From an uncultured Chloroflexia bacterium (GTDB taxonomy: Bacteria > Chloroflexota > Limnocylindria > QHBO01): a stretch of DNA of 64,000 nt. A program made the translations under genes and the position numbers. The notes beneath the pieces are model-generated. The model worked only from the letters and a program-made list of their open reading frames with translations, did not search any database and had not been told where the DNA came from. Shown in pieces: positions 43,412-53,071 of this stretch. Positions within the stretch are counted from its first letter, which is position 1. The number at the start of each line of letters is the position of its first letter. Where the stretch lies: NCBI GenBank assembly GCA_963783495.1, contig CAWANT010000006.1, positions 199,799 to 263,798 on the forward strand, written 5' to 3'.

Positions 43412-43937
43412 CTACGGCGTGACCACGCAATCGCTCGGCGGCGTCACCGGCGTCGAGAGCGGGCCGGTGGCCGAAAGGCCGTAGAAAGTCGCCACCAGCA
43501 CGGTCGGCACCGTCCCGGGATTAAAGGCAGTGTGGACGTGGCCGTGGCCGGGGTCGAAAAAGGCCTCGTTGGTGCCGTAGTGACGCTCGACGCAGTCCAT
43601 GGCAGCTCACGGACGCCGCGGCCCGCCGCTGGCCACGTTTACCACCACCGAGCTCTCTGTGCGAGTGCCAAGGGAACATAGCACCCGGGTGGACGGTGAA
43701 CATCACGACCTGGGTGAAGGACGGGTCCTCGAAGTTGATTACGTTGGTGGCGTGGCCGTCCAGCTTGTGCTTGAACTTCAGATCGACGTTGTTGGTGAAT
43801 GCAGCGCGCCCGGTGAGGGGCTGGACCTCGATTGGAAGCTGGGCCAACGTAGGCATCACCGCCACAGCCGCAATGAGGCCCACGGCGACAAGTACTGCGA
43901 ATCCTAGGGATAGTGATTCGACGGTGCATGGGTTCAC
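43412..43937 (-). CDS. exported cupin-domain protein (frame-disrupted)
   Basis: ORF 43521..43937 has a signal/TM (LSLGFAVLVAVGLIAAVAVMPTLA) followed by VMFTVHPGAMFPWHSH. ORF 43412..43600 supplies FFDPGHGHVHTAFNPGTVPTVLVATF. Confidence 0.6.
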
Positions 43938-44111
43938 CTCGGCTACCAGGCGGGCCAGTTTGCCAAGTGGCTCAGCGCAGTCAGGGCAGCACGGCGGCCA
44001 AGGATGAGGGACTGCGCGTCATTGCCTCCCGTTCACAGCAGCGTAGTGCCGGCGTAGCTGGTTGGACATGACGAATGATTCTTCGCGGTGCGCGGAGGCA
44101 ACATACGACGC

Positions 44112-44153
44112 GAGCCGCCATCCTGGGATGGTCACGCTTCCACGGAGCGCCGG
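44112..44153 (+). repeat. island repeat R5 (5'-degenerate)
   Basis: GAGCCGCCATCCTGGGATGGTCACGCTTCCACGGAGCGCCGG. Confidence 0.75.
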
Positions 44154-44179
44154 TCCGACGCCATTCTCAACCTGTCGAC

Positions 44180-44308
44180 TTACTGCTCGCTTATCGGTTC
44201 GAATTCGTACCCCTGCGCCTCCAGGTTGAGTTCGACACCATCGGCCCACGCGCGCGGCGCCCCGCACCGCGGGCAGCGCAGCTCCGCCAGCTGCGCGCCG
44301 GGCGACAT
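44180..44308 (-). CDS. possible 42-aa ORF downstream of the recombinase
   Basis: My reverse reading gives MSPGAQLAELRCPRCGAPRAWADGVELNLEAQGYEFEPISEQ*. Third-codon G/C is high. I recognise no homologue. Confidence 0.3.
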   Translation of the reverse strand: MSPGAQLAELRCPRCGAPRAWADGVELNLEAQGYEFEPISEQ

Positions 44309-44457
44309 TGTGCCCGGTCAGATCCGCCTCGGGCCGCGGTCCAGGGCACCCGGGCTGGTGCGGCTACGTCGGTGCCCTCGGGCGGCTTGAGACTGGAAGC
44401 CGATGAGCCCGCGTGGGGTATACCACTCCCAGCCCGACGGCAGCTCGCGCGCGGTTG

Positions 44458-45385
44458 TCACAGCCGGTCCCGCGGGCTGTGGCGCTCGAAGGCGGCCCGC
44501 GCCCGCTCGTCGGCCGGCGCTGGCGCCGTAGCGGCCGACCATCTGGCGGCTCTTCCAGCCGGCCAGGCGCATCAGGTCGCCTTCCTGCATGCCATCGGCG
44601 AGCAGCGCGTGCGCGAAGCCGTGGCGGAAGGTGTGCGGGTGGGCCGTGACGCCGGCCTCGCGCGGCGCGGCGCTTCACCACCTGGGCGATGCCGGAGGCG
44701 GTGAGCCGGCCCTGCTTGCCGATCCACAGCACTCGGCGCCGGCGTCCGTGGCGCGCGCGGATGCGCAGGTAGCGGTCGAGCACCTGCGCGGTCTTGCGGC
44801 CGAACGGCGTGGCCCGCGGGCGCCGGCCCTTGCCCAGCACCACCACCATCTTGTGGTCGAAGTCGACGTCGGCTGACGCGCAGGCCGGCGATCTCGGCGC
44901 GGCGGATGCCGCGAGTCGACGAGCAGCGACAGGATGGCGGCGTCGCGCCGGGACTCGAAGTCGGTGCCGTCGACCGTGGCCAGCAGCGCCTTCAGCTGCT
45001 CGTCGCGCAGCATCTCGGGCGGCTCCTCGGGGATGGCCGGCGGCTTCATGTTCCGCATCGGCGACTCGCGGATCTCGCCCTCGGCGAGCAGCCATTGAAG
45101 AACTGCTGCAGCGAGCGGAAGCGGTTGGCCCGGCTCGACGGCTTCCAGCCGTTGGCTCCAGGTCGAGCAGGAAGGATTCGACGTGCTCGCGGTCATAGCG
45201 TCGACCGCGGTCGGCATGCCGGAGCGCGGCAGGAAGGCGTCGAGCTGCTCGACGGCCTTGCCATAGGTGAGCACGGTGATGGCGGCTCTTGTTCTCGGCG
45301 GCCAGGTGCCGCAGGAACGAGGCGCGCAATGGACCGAGCGCGGAGAGGGCGGTAGAATCGGCACCTGGGGAAGGGTCTTGGCCAT
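44458..45385 (-). CDS. tyrosine-type site-specific recombinase/integrase (XerC/D-like; frame-disrupted)
   Basis: Fragments:
- 44675..45400: MAKTLPQV..., LTYGKAVEQLDAFL, LRDEQLKALLATVDGTDFESRRDAAILSLLVDS
- 44364..45329: DVDFDHKMVVVLGKGRRPRATPFGRKTAQVLDRYL
- 44318..44590: MQEGDLMRLAGWKSRQMVGRYGAS, containing the catalytic Tyr
My reading ends ...ADERARAAFERHSPRDRL* at 44458. Confidence 0.8.
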
Positions 45386-45515
45386 CGTGCTGAGCCTCAA
45401 ACTGAAGGATTTCCTACCCGACAGTTATAGACTCGACAAGCGCTGTGGTCAACCTCTCTCCCCGGCGATTCACAGTCACAGACTCGATCTGAGCGTGAAT
45501 CGGCCGAAATCGAGT

Positions 45516-45590
45516 GGGCGGCTAGCTCAACGGCAGAGCAAGTGACTCTTAATCACTAGGTTCAGGGTTCGAATCCCTGGCCGCTCACCA
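45516..45590 (+). tRNA. tRNA-Lys (anticodon CUU)
   Basis: GGGCGGC-TA-GCTC-AACGGCA-GAGC-A-AGTGA-CTCTTAA-TCACT-AGGTT-CAGGG-TTCGAAT-CCCTG-GCCGCTC-A-CCA. It is 75 nt and forms a full cloverleaf by hand. Confidence 0.92.
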
Positions 45591-45719
45591 CGACACCAAT
45601 CCACGCCTGGCCAGCCCTGGCCGACCTCGACGGCGGTGCGCGCGAACATGAGCACTGCGGGCCATCCGCGTGTTGACGTGGACGCCTTCATCCGGCTGGT
45701 TGCCACCTGAGCTCTCGGC

Positions 45720-47951
45720 CTACTTGAGATCGATCACCTCGACGTCACCTCGCCGGCGAACGACCCGGACGTCCACGCCCAGCGGCTGGCGCCCGATGGC
45801 CAGGTCGACCGTCGCGTCGCCGACCCGCAGGCCGGTGATCGACAGCGTGTCCAGGAAGTCGGGTAGCCGCGCGTGCCGGAAACGAACCTGGCGGGCCGGC
45901 GCGTCAACCTCCAGGCCCAGGACGGCCTGCAGCAGCATGAAGACCGAGCCCGCCGCCCAGGCCTGCGGCGAGCAGGCAACCGGGTAGCGGGTGGCGTCCT
46001 CGCCGTGGCGACGGGTGAAGCCGCAGAACAGCTCCGGCAAGCGCGCGAGGTCGAACGTGTGGCTGGCATCGAACAGGCCGGCCAGCAGGCGCGCGGCCTG
46101 ATCGTGGCGGCCATAGCGCGCCAGGCCTACGGCCGCGATGGCGTTGTCGTGCGGCCAGATCGAGCCGTTGTGGTAAGAGATCGGGTTGTAGCGCGCCTCG
46201 CCGGCCGCCACGGTGCGAATCCCCCAGCCTGAGAACGAGGCGTCCGAGAGGAGTGTCTCGGCGACCCGAGCCGCCCGCTCGGGCAGGGCGATCCCCGACC
46301 ACAGCACGTGGCCCGCATTGGAGGCGCGCACCCGGCAGCGTTGCTTCTCGCCGTCGAGCGCCAGCGCGTAGGTGCCCAGCTCCTCGTCCCAGAAGGCGGC
46401 GTCGAACGCACGCTGCAGGTCGGCTGCACGCCGCTCCTGCTCGCGCGCCATCTGCCCATGACCGAGCTGCGCCGCCAGCTCGGACGCCCCCACGCGCGCG
46501 GCGTAGGCGTACGCCTGCAGCTCGCATGTGGCGATCGGTCCCTCCGCCATCCGACCATCGGCATGGAAGATGGAGTCGTGCGAGTCCTTCCAGCCCTGCT
46601 GGATGAGCCCACGCTCGTTGCTGCGCGCGTACTCGAGGAAGCCGTCGCCGTCGGGGTCGCCATGGCGGTCCATCCATCCAGCGCGCGCTCGACGTGCGGC
46701 CAGAGCCGCTGGGCCATGGCGTGGTCGTTGGTCTGGCGCCAGTGTCGCGCCGCCAGCATGACGAACAGCGGGGTGGCGTCGTGACTACCGTAGTAGCGGG
46801 CGAACGGCACCTCGCCGGTGGCGGACATCTCGCCCTGCCGCACCTCGTGCAGGATCTTGCCGGGCTCGGCATCGTGAACGGGATCGCTCCGTTCCGCCTG
46901 GTGGGCGGCCAGGTAGCCCAACACCCCACGCGCGATCTGCGGCGCCACCCACAATGTCTGCATCGCAGTCACGAGCCCGTCGCGACCGAAGACCGTGCTG
47001 AACCACGGGACCCCGGCATACGGATACAGGCCGTGGGGCGTGCGGGAGCTGAGCATGGCCACATCCGCCGCGCTGCGCTCGAGCCAATCGTTGAAGAGAG
47101 CGTTCGAGCTCGACACCCTTGCCGCCGATCGCACGAGGCGCGTCAGGCTGCCGCGCGCCCGCTCCGAGGCCGTGTCGAAGTCGGGAGCCGACGCTCGGCG
47201 CGCCCGGCCGGTCTCACAGGCTATGGCCACGTCGATGGTCATCGGCCGTTCATCGGGAAGCGCCAGGTCGAAGTCGGCCTCGCCCGGCTCGATCCGGATG
47301 GGCGGTGACGAAAATGTGATGCGCGTGCGGCGAATGACCCCGTCGAGGCCGACGTAGCGCAGCACGACCGCCCGTTCGCTGAGCAGGGCCGGCAGGTGGT
47401 GGCCGCGCCCGCGCTCGATGCACGCCGCGCACCTCGAAGAGGTCGGCGAAGTCTGCCCGGAAGCGTAGCGTCAGGACGAGGTGCACCGGCTCGCGGGCGA
47501 AGCTGCGCGCCACCAGCCGCTCGTGGCAGACGCCGTCCCACAGCACCTTGGTGCGCGACAGGTGGACGCTGCTGTGCGGCAGCCGCTGCGGACCGCGACC
47601 GACATCGGTATTGGTCAGGTCGAAGGCGAGGCGCGAGTTGTCCCGCTTGGCGGTGGATCCCAGCAGCAGCGGGCGGTGGCCGGCGAGGCGCAGCACGAGA
47701 CCCGAGACATGCCGGGTGCCGCGGTGATAGATGCCCTCCTCCCCCATGCCCTCCGGCAGGATGTCGCCATGGCGATCGAAGACGGCGAACGACTCGCCGT
47801 GCTTGAGGACCTGGTCGTAGGTATCGGCCAGCTCGGCGCCGGCTTGGACGTCGTAGCGCTGCGCGTCGAGCTCGGAGATCGCCGGCAGGCCACCCAGCGC
47901 ACCGGTGTCGGCGTCGCGCCGGCCGGCCTCGCCCGGCGCGGCCATCGGCAC
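45720..47951 (-). CDS. amylo-alpha-1,6-glucosidase / glycogen-debranching-enzyme-like protein (two frame breaks)
   Basis: ORFs 47250..47951 (N-terminal domain, ESFAVFDRHGDI), 46127..47365 (GVPWFSTVFGRDGLVTA) and 45720..46673 (GFLEY...GWKDSHDSIF...YHNGSIWPHDNAI) are collinear. Confidence 0.85.
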
Positions 47952-47970
47952 CCGGTCGGGACGTGGTATG

Positions 47971-49149
47971 TCAGCCGTTCGCCGGCGCCTCGTCGGAAAT
48001 CGTGCCGCCGTTCATGGTGGGCAAGTCTGCCACGGGCACGCCTTCGGCCGGGACGATCGCCTGCTCGCCGCTGATCGCCATGGCCGGAGTGTCCTCCCGC
48101 GCCATCGGGGCCATCAGGCGCTCGTAGACGTCCACGTACTCGGACGCCATGCGGGCTACCGAGAAGCGCTCCTCGACGGCCTGCCGGACCGTCGCGCGCG
48201 GCAGTGCCAGCAGTGACGGCAGCGACGCCACCGCCTGATCGAGGTCATGGACGACCATCCCCGTCACGCCTTCCTCGATCACTTCGCGCACCGAACCGCG
48301 TGGATAGGCGAGCACCGGCGTCCCGCGGGCGGCCGCCTCGATCATCACCAGGCCGAAAGGCTCCGGCCAGTCGATGGGGAAGAGCAGGGCCGACGCGCCG
48401 CCCAGGAACTCGTCCTTCTCGTCCTCCGCGATCTCGCCCACGAACTCGATCTCGCCGGTGAGCAGCGGCCGGATCTCGTTCTCGAAGTACTCCTCGTCAA
48501 CCGGATCGACCTTGGCGGCGACCTTCAGTGGCAGGCCGCCGCGCTGCGCGATCGCGATCGCTTGGTCCAGCCCTTTCTCCGGGGAGGTACGGCCCAGGAA
48601 GGCGAGATACGTCCCGGGCTCCACCGAGGCCTTGATCTCGGCCATTGGCAGCCCGTGGTAGATGGTGGCCCGCCAGTCGAGGTCCGGCAGCGGGGTGCGC
48701 TGGGCGTCCGAGATGGATACCAGCGACACGTCCGCGAACTCGCGGTAGAGGTCCGCCATGTCGGCAAGGTCCATGCGGCCGTGCATCGTCGCCACGGACG
48801 GCGTCTCCAGCCGCCGCATGGCGCCCAGCTGGAGATGATCCATGTGGAAATGGATGACGTCGTACCGATCCGCATCGGCCATCACCCGTTCGATCATTCG
48901 GACGGTATGCGCGAGGGGATCGATGACGTCGGGGTCCAGACGCATGGCGCGAGGAGTCATGGCCACCAGCTCGGCCGCGGTCACCGAGTCCCCGCTGGCA
49001 TACAGGGTGACGTCGTGGCCCTGGCGGACGAGCTCGTCGGTCAGGTACGAGACGATCCGCTCGGTGCCCCCGTACATCTGCGGCGGCACGCTCTCGGCCA
49101 GGGGCGCCACCTGGGCGATGCGCAGCACCTCACGACGGGTTTGATTCAT
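47971..49149 (-). CDS. family-4 glycosyltransferase
   Basis: In ORF 47971..49755 from the internal MNQTRREVLRIAQVAPLAESVPPQMYGGTERIV, with EPFGLVMIEAAARGTPV. The upstream part of the listed ORF is antisense to the M16 gene. Confidence 0.88.
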   Translation of the reverse strand: MNQTRREVLRIAQVAPLAESVPPQMYGGTERIVSYLTDELVRQGHDVTLYASGDSVTAAELVAMTPRAMRLDPDVIDPLAHTVRMIERVMADADRYDVIHFHMDHLQLGAMRRLETPSVATMHGRMDLADMADLYREFADVSLVSISDAQRTPLPDLDWRATIYHGLPMAEIKASVEPGTYLAFLGRTSPEKGLDQAIAIAQRGGLPLKVAAKVDPVDEEYFENEIRPLLTGEIEFVGEIAEDEKDEFLGGASALLFPIDWPEPFGLVMIEAAARGTPVLAYPRGSVREVIEEGVTGMVVHDLDQAVASLPSLLALPRATVRQAVEERFSVARMASEYVDVYERLMAPMAREDTPAMAISGEQAIVPAEGVPVADLPTMNGGTISDEAPANG

Positions 49150-49221
49150 GGCATGAGCACCATTCGCACGCGGCGTGCCAGCGCGGCGTGGACGGGTATT
49201 GACGAGGCTCGCCGGGGCTCC

Positions 49222-50559
49222 GTGGTAGCCTTCCGGGCGGCCCAACCAACAGCATCCGGAGACGCCTTCTTGCCCGACATCCCGATCGAGCGACACCGGC
49301 TCGACAACGGCCTGCGCGTTGCCCTCTCCCACGACGACAGCGCACCGATCGTCGCCGTCAACCTGTGGTACGACGTCGGCAGCAAGCACGAGAAGCCCGG
49401 TCGCACCGGCTTCGCGCACCTCTTCGAGCACATGATGTTCCAGGGCTCGGAGCACGTTGCCAAGGGTGAGCACTTCGCCCATGTCCAGCAGGCCGGGGGC
49501 ACCCTCAACGCCTCCACCTGGCTCGACCGCACCAACTACTTCGAGACGCTGCCCAGCCACGAGCTGGAGCTGGGACTGTGGCTGGAGTCGGACCGGCTGG
49601 CCAGCCTGCTGCCGGCCATGACCCAGGAGAAGCTCGACAACCAGCGCGAGGTGGTCAAGAACGAGCGCCGCTACTCGGTCGACAACCAGCCGTACGGCAC
49701 CTGGGACGAGCGCATCCAGGCCCAGCTCTTCCCGGAGGGCCACACCTATCACCATTCGACCATCGGCTCCATGGAGGACCTGAACGCCGCCAGCCTCGAG
49801 GACGTCGGCGAGTTCTTCGCCACCTACTACGCGCCGAACAACGCGGTGCTGACCATGGCCGGCGACTTCGACCGGGACGCGCGCTGGCCATGGTCGAGCG
49901 GCACTTCGGGCCGATCCCCGCCAACGACGACCTGCCGCCGCCGCCGGACATGTCGATCCCGCCGCTGATCGGCAGGGGCCTGCGCGAGGAGGTGGCCGAT
50001 CGCGTGCCGCTGCCGCGCGTCTATGTCGCCTATCGGATGCCGATCTTCGGCAGCGACGCCTTCGATGACCTGTCGGTGGCCGGCGACGTCCTGGGCGTCG
50101 GCCGCGCGTCGCGGCTGTACAGCCGGCTGGTCCGCGAGCGGAAGCTGGCCCAGGACGTCAGCGTCTTCGCGTTCCCGATCGTGGGCGGGGCGTCGATGTT
50201 CACGATGTGGGCCACCGCCAAGCCGGGGGTCGGCGCCGATCAACTGGAGGCCGCGCTGCTGGACGAGGTCGACCAGCTCGCCGCCGAGGGGCCGACCGCC
50301 GCCGAGCTGGAGCGCGTCGGCAACCTGCACGCCGCCGCGGTGGAGTCCAGCCTGGAGCGGATCGCCGAGCGCGCCGACCGGCTGTCGATGTACGCCTGCC
50401 TGTTCGACGAGCCGGAGCGCATCAACACCGAGGTGAGCCGCTACCTGGCTGTCGATGCCGATCGCGTGCGGCGCGCCATGGCGCGAGACCCTGCGCCCGG
50501 ATAACCGGCTGGTGCTGACCTACCTGCCGGCCGAGGCGCCGGCCGAGGAGGCTGCCTGA
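49222..50559 (+). CDS. M16-family zinc peptidase, catalytic-type subunit (two frame breaks; start uncertain, 49222 or 49270)
   Basis: ORF 48247..49968 carries RLDNGLRVALSHD and GFAHLFEHMMFQGS (HxxEH). ORF 49578..50504 continues. After a late shift my reading ends LRPDNRLVLTYLPAEAPAEEAA*, overlapping the next ATG (TGATG). Confidence 0.85.
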
Positions 50560-51924
50560 TGCCGGCCACCGTCAACCCGCTGCGCCCGGTCGCCGGCGCC
50601 CCGCGCCCGTATCACTTTCCCGAGTTCCATCGGCAGCAGCTTGGCAACGGGATGACTGTCTGGACGGTCCCCGTGCCGAGCGCCGCCGTGGTCAACGTGC
50701 ACCTGCTGGTCGACGCCGGGGCGGCGGCGGAGGACGAGGCGCAAGGCTGGCGTGGCGGCCCTCACCGCCCAGCTGCTGGTCACCGGCACGCGGCGCCTGG
50801 ACGCCGGCGCCTTTGCCGAGGCCACCGAGCGGCTGGGCATCGAGGTCAGCAGCGAATCCAGCTGGGACTCGGCGCGGGCCGCCTTCCAATCGCTGCCCGA
50901 GCATGCCGACGACGGCATCGCGCTGCTGGCCGAGATGGTCCGCGAGCCGCGCCTGGACCCCGGCGAGTTCGATCGGCTCAAGGCGGAGCGCCTCGCCGAC
51001 ATCCTGCAGGCCCGCGCCGATCCCGGCCGCCTGGCCGACGAGATGTTCCTGCGCCACCTGTTCGACGCGTCGACGCCGTACCGCCGGCTCTCGGCGGGCA
51101 CCCCGGAGACGGTGGAGTGCCCTGACCCTGGACGACGTGCGCGCCTTCCAGGCCACGCACTGGGGGCCGAGCACCGCCCACCTGATCGTGGCCGGGCCGG
51201 TGGACCACGACACGGTGGTGCAGGCCGCCGAGCGCCATCTCGGCGACTGGACGCGGCGGCGGGCCCGGGCATCGAACCTTCACGCCGAAGGCAGCCGGCG
51301 CCCGGCGGTTGGTCATCGTCGACCGGCCCGGCTCGGTGCAGAGCGAGCTGCGCGTCGGCCACCTTGGCATCGACCGTCGCTCACCGCGCTACTTCCCGGC
51401 GCTGGTGCTGGGCGCGCATCCTGGGCGGCGTCTTCGGCTCGCGCCTGAACCTGCGCCTGCGCGAGGAGCTGGGCTACACGTACGGCGCCCGGGCCGGCTT
51501 CGACCCGCGCCGCGCGCCGGGTCCGTTCAGCGCCGCGCGCGGCCGTGCAGACCGAGGTCACCGCCGACGCGCTGCAAGGAGATGGTCGATCTGCTGACTC
51601 GCGTCCGCGACGCCGCACCCGACGAGACCGAGCTGCACGAGGTGCGCGACTACCTGGTCGGCGTCTTCCCGCTTCGGTTCGAGACCACCGGCGGCGTGGC
51701 CAGCGCGATGGAGCCGCTGGCCGTCTACGGCCTGGCCGATGACTACTGGCAGACCTATCGGCAGCACCTGGAGGCGGTGCAGGACAGACGACGTCCTGGC
51801 AGCGGCGCGCGACCTCGTGATGCCCGATCAGTTCCTGATGCTGGCGGTGGGTGACGCGTCGCAGATCCGCGCCGCCCTGGAAGCCGCCGACCTGGGGCCG
51901 ATGGAGGTCACCCAGGTCGACTGA
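50559..51924 (+). CDS. M16-family peptidase-like protein without HxxEH (at least 6 frame breaks)
   Basis: Collinear fragments 50559.., 50752.., 50813.., 51309.. and 51739..51924 (QLGNGMTVWTV; LTAQLLVTGTRRLD; LVIVDRPGSVQSELRVGH; GGVFGSRLNLRLREELGYTYGA; DYLVGVFPLRFETTGGVA). Confidence 0.8.
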
Positions 51925-51940
51925 CGCGACCGCACTGACT

Positions 51941-53071
51941 TCAGCCGATGGAGCCCAGCGCCTCGAGCAGCCGATCGTTCTCGGCCGGCGCCCGGACCGT
52001 GATCCGCAGCCAGTCGCGCAGCGGCCCGGCCGGGTAGCTGCGCACCGCCAGCCCCTGGCGCAACAGCGTTTCGGCGGTCGCCTGCGGCATCCGGCGGCCG
52101 CACCAGCAGGAAGTTGGCGAGCGACGGCAGCACCCGCCAGCCCACGGTCGTCGAAGGCAGCTGCCAGGCGGTCGCGCTGCGCCACGATCTCGGCCAGCCG
52201 CACGCGCGCCGCAGCCAGATCGGACAGGGCGGCGATGGCGGCCGCCTCGCTGGCTCCGCCGATGGCCAGGGGCAGGCGCGACGCCTCGAAGCGGGCGGCC
52301 AGCCCATCGGGCACGACCAGGTAGCCCACCCGCGCGCCGGCCAGCCCATAGGCCTTCGCCAGGGAGCGCAGGATGAGCAGGTTCGGGAATCGGTCCTGCA
52401 GGTGGAGGAGGCTGGCGCCCTCCGGCGGCAGGCCCAGCGAGACCTCGGCCATCTCCTGGTAGACCGCGTCGACCACCACCACGGCGGACAGGCCATCGGC
52501 CAGGGCGGCGATCTCGTCGGCGGCATAGCCGTCGCCGGTCGGGTTGTTCGGGCGAGCACAGCCAGACCAGCCTGGCGCCGGCTCGTTCGGCCGCGGCGCG
52601 GATGCGCTCGACCGGCTGCCGCTCGCCCGGGTCGCCGCGCGCCACCTCCACCACGCTGGCCCCCGCCAGGCGCGCCTCGACCGCGAACATCGCGAAGGTC
52701 GGGGTCGGGATGACGACCGAGTCGCCCGGGCCGACGGTCATGGTGGTGACCAGGCGGATCAGCTCGTCCGCGCCGGCGCCGGGGATGACCCGGACGGCCG
52801 GCGAGCCAGTGGCGGCCTCGACGGCGGCGCGCAGCCGGCGGTACGCCTGGTCGCCGTACTCGACCAGGCGGGCGGGGTCGAACGAGCGCAGCGCCTCGAC
52901 CACCGCCGGCAGGGGGCCCCCGCCCAGCGTGTTCATGTCGAAGCGGACCACCTGCTCCGGCGGCAGGCCGAGCTCCTCGGCCAGCTGCTCATCCGACGGT
53001 TCGGCCGGATACGGCTCAACAGCGTCGCGCAGCCGCAGCAGGTCAGTCGGCCGCGGCTCGGAGCCCGTCAC
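51941..53071 (-). CDS. histidinol-phosphate-aminotransferase-family (class II) PLP enzyme (frame-disrupted)
   Basis: ORF 51941..53911 gives VRFDMNTLGGGPLP...AVRVIPGAGADELIRL and the tail WLRITVRAPAEND. ORF 51313..52482 gives VVVDAVYQEMA...LILRSLAKAYGLAGARVGY (PLP Lys). ORF 51828..52559 gives ANFLLVRPPDA. GTG start at 53071. Confidence 0.75.
   Translation of the reverse strand: MTGSEPRPTDLLRLRDAVEPYPAEPSDEQLAEELGLPPEQVVRFDMNTLGGGPLPAVVEALRSFDPARLVEYGDQAYRRLRAAVEAATGSPAVRVIPGAGADELIRLVTTMTVGPGDSVVIPTPTFAMFAVEARLAGASVVEVARGDPGERQPVERIRAAAERAGARLVWLCSPEQPDRRRLCRRRDRRPGRWPVRRGGGRRGLPGDGRGLAGPAAGGRQPPPPAGPIPEPAHPALPGEGLWAGRRAGGLPGRARWAGRPLRGVAPAPGHRRSQRGGRHRRPVRSGCGARAAGRDRGAARPPGSCLRRPWAGGCCRRSPTSCWCGRRMPQATAETLLRQGLAVRSYPAGPLRDWLRITVRAPAENDRLLEALGSIG

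Larger units (their letters stand above)
40692..45552. mobile_element. ~4.8-kb integrated element at tRNA-Lys(CUU) bounded by 37-nt direct repeats
   Basis: Direct repeats at both ends, a tyrosine recombinase next to the intact tRNA, visibly lower GC in the cargo, and cargo unrelated to the flanking housekeeping genes. Confidence 0.75.

Noticed and set aside
43119-44267. Minus-strand ORFs 43119..43430 and 44019..44267 sharing the peptide ALRGSVT(I/M)P
   Set aside because: The shared peptide is just the translated repeat (R4, R5). The same frame is not open through the other copies, and the remainder of each ORF has shadow-frame composition.
47971-49968. Upstream extension of ORF 47971..49755 (-) and the first ~330 codons of ORF 48247..49968 (+)
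   Set aside because: Each extension is antisense to the other strand's real gene (M16 peptidase and GT4 respectively). The real starts are at 49149 (-) and about 49222-49270 (+).
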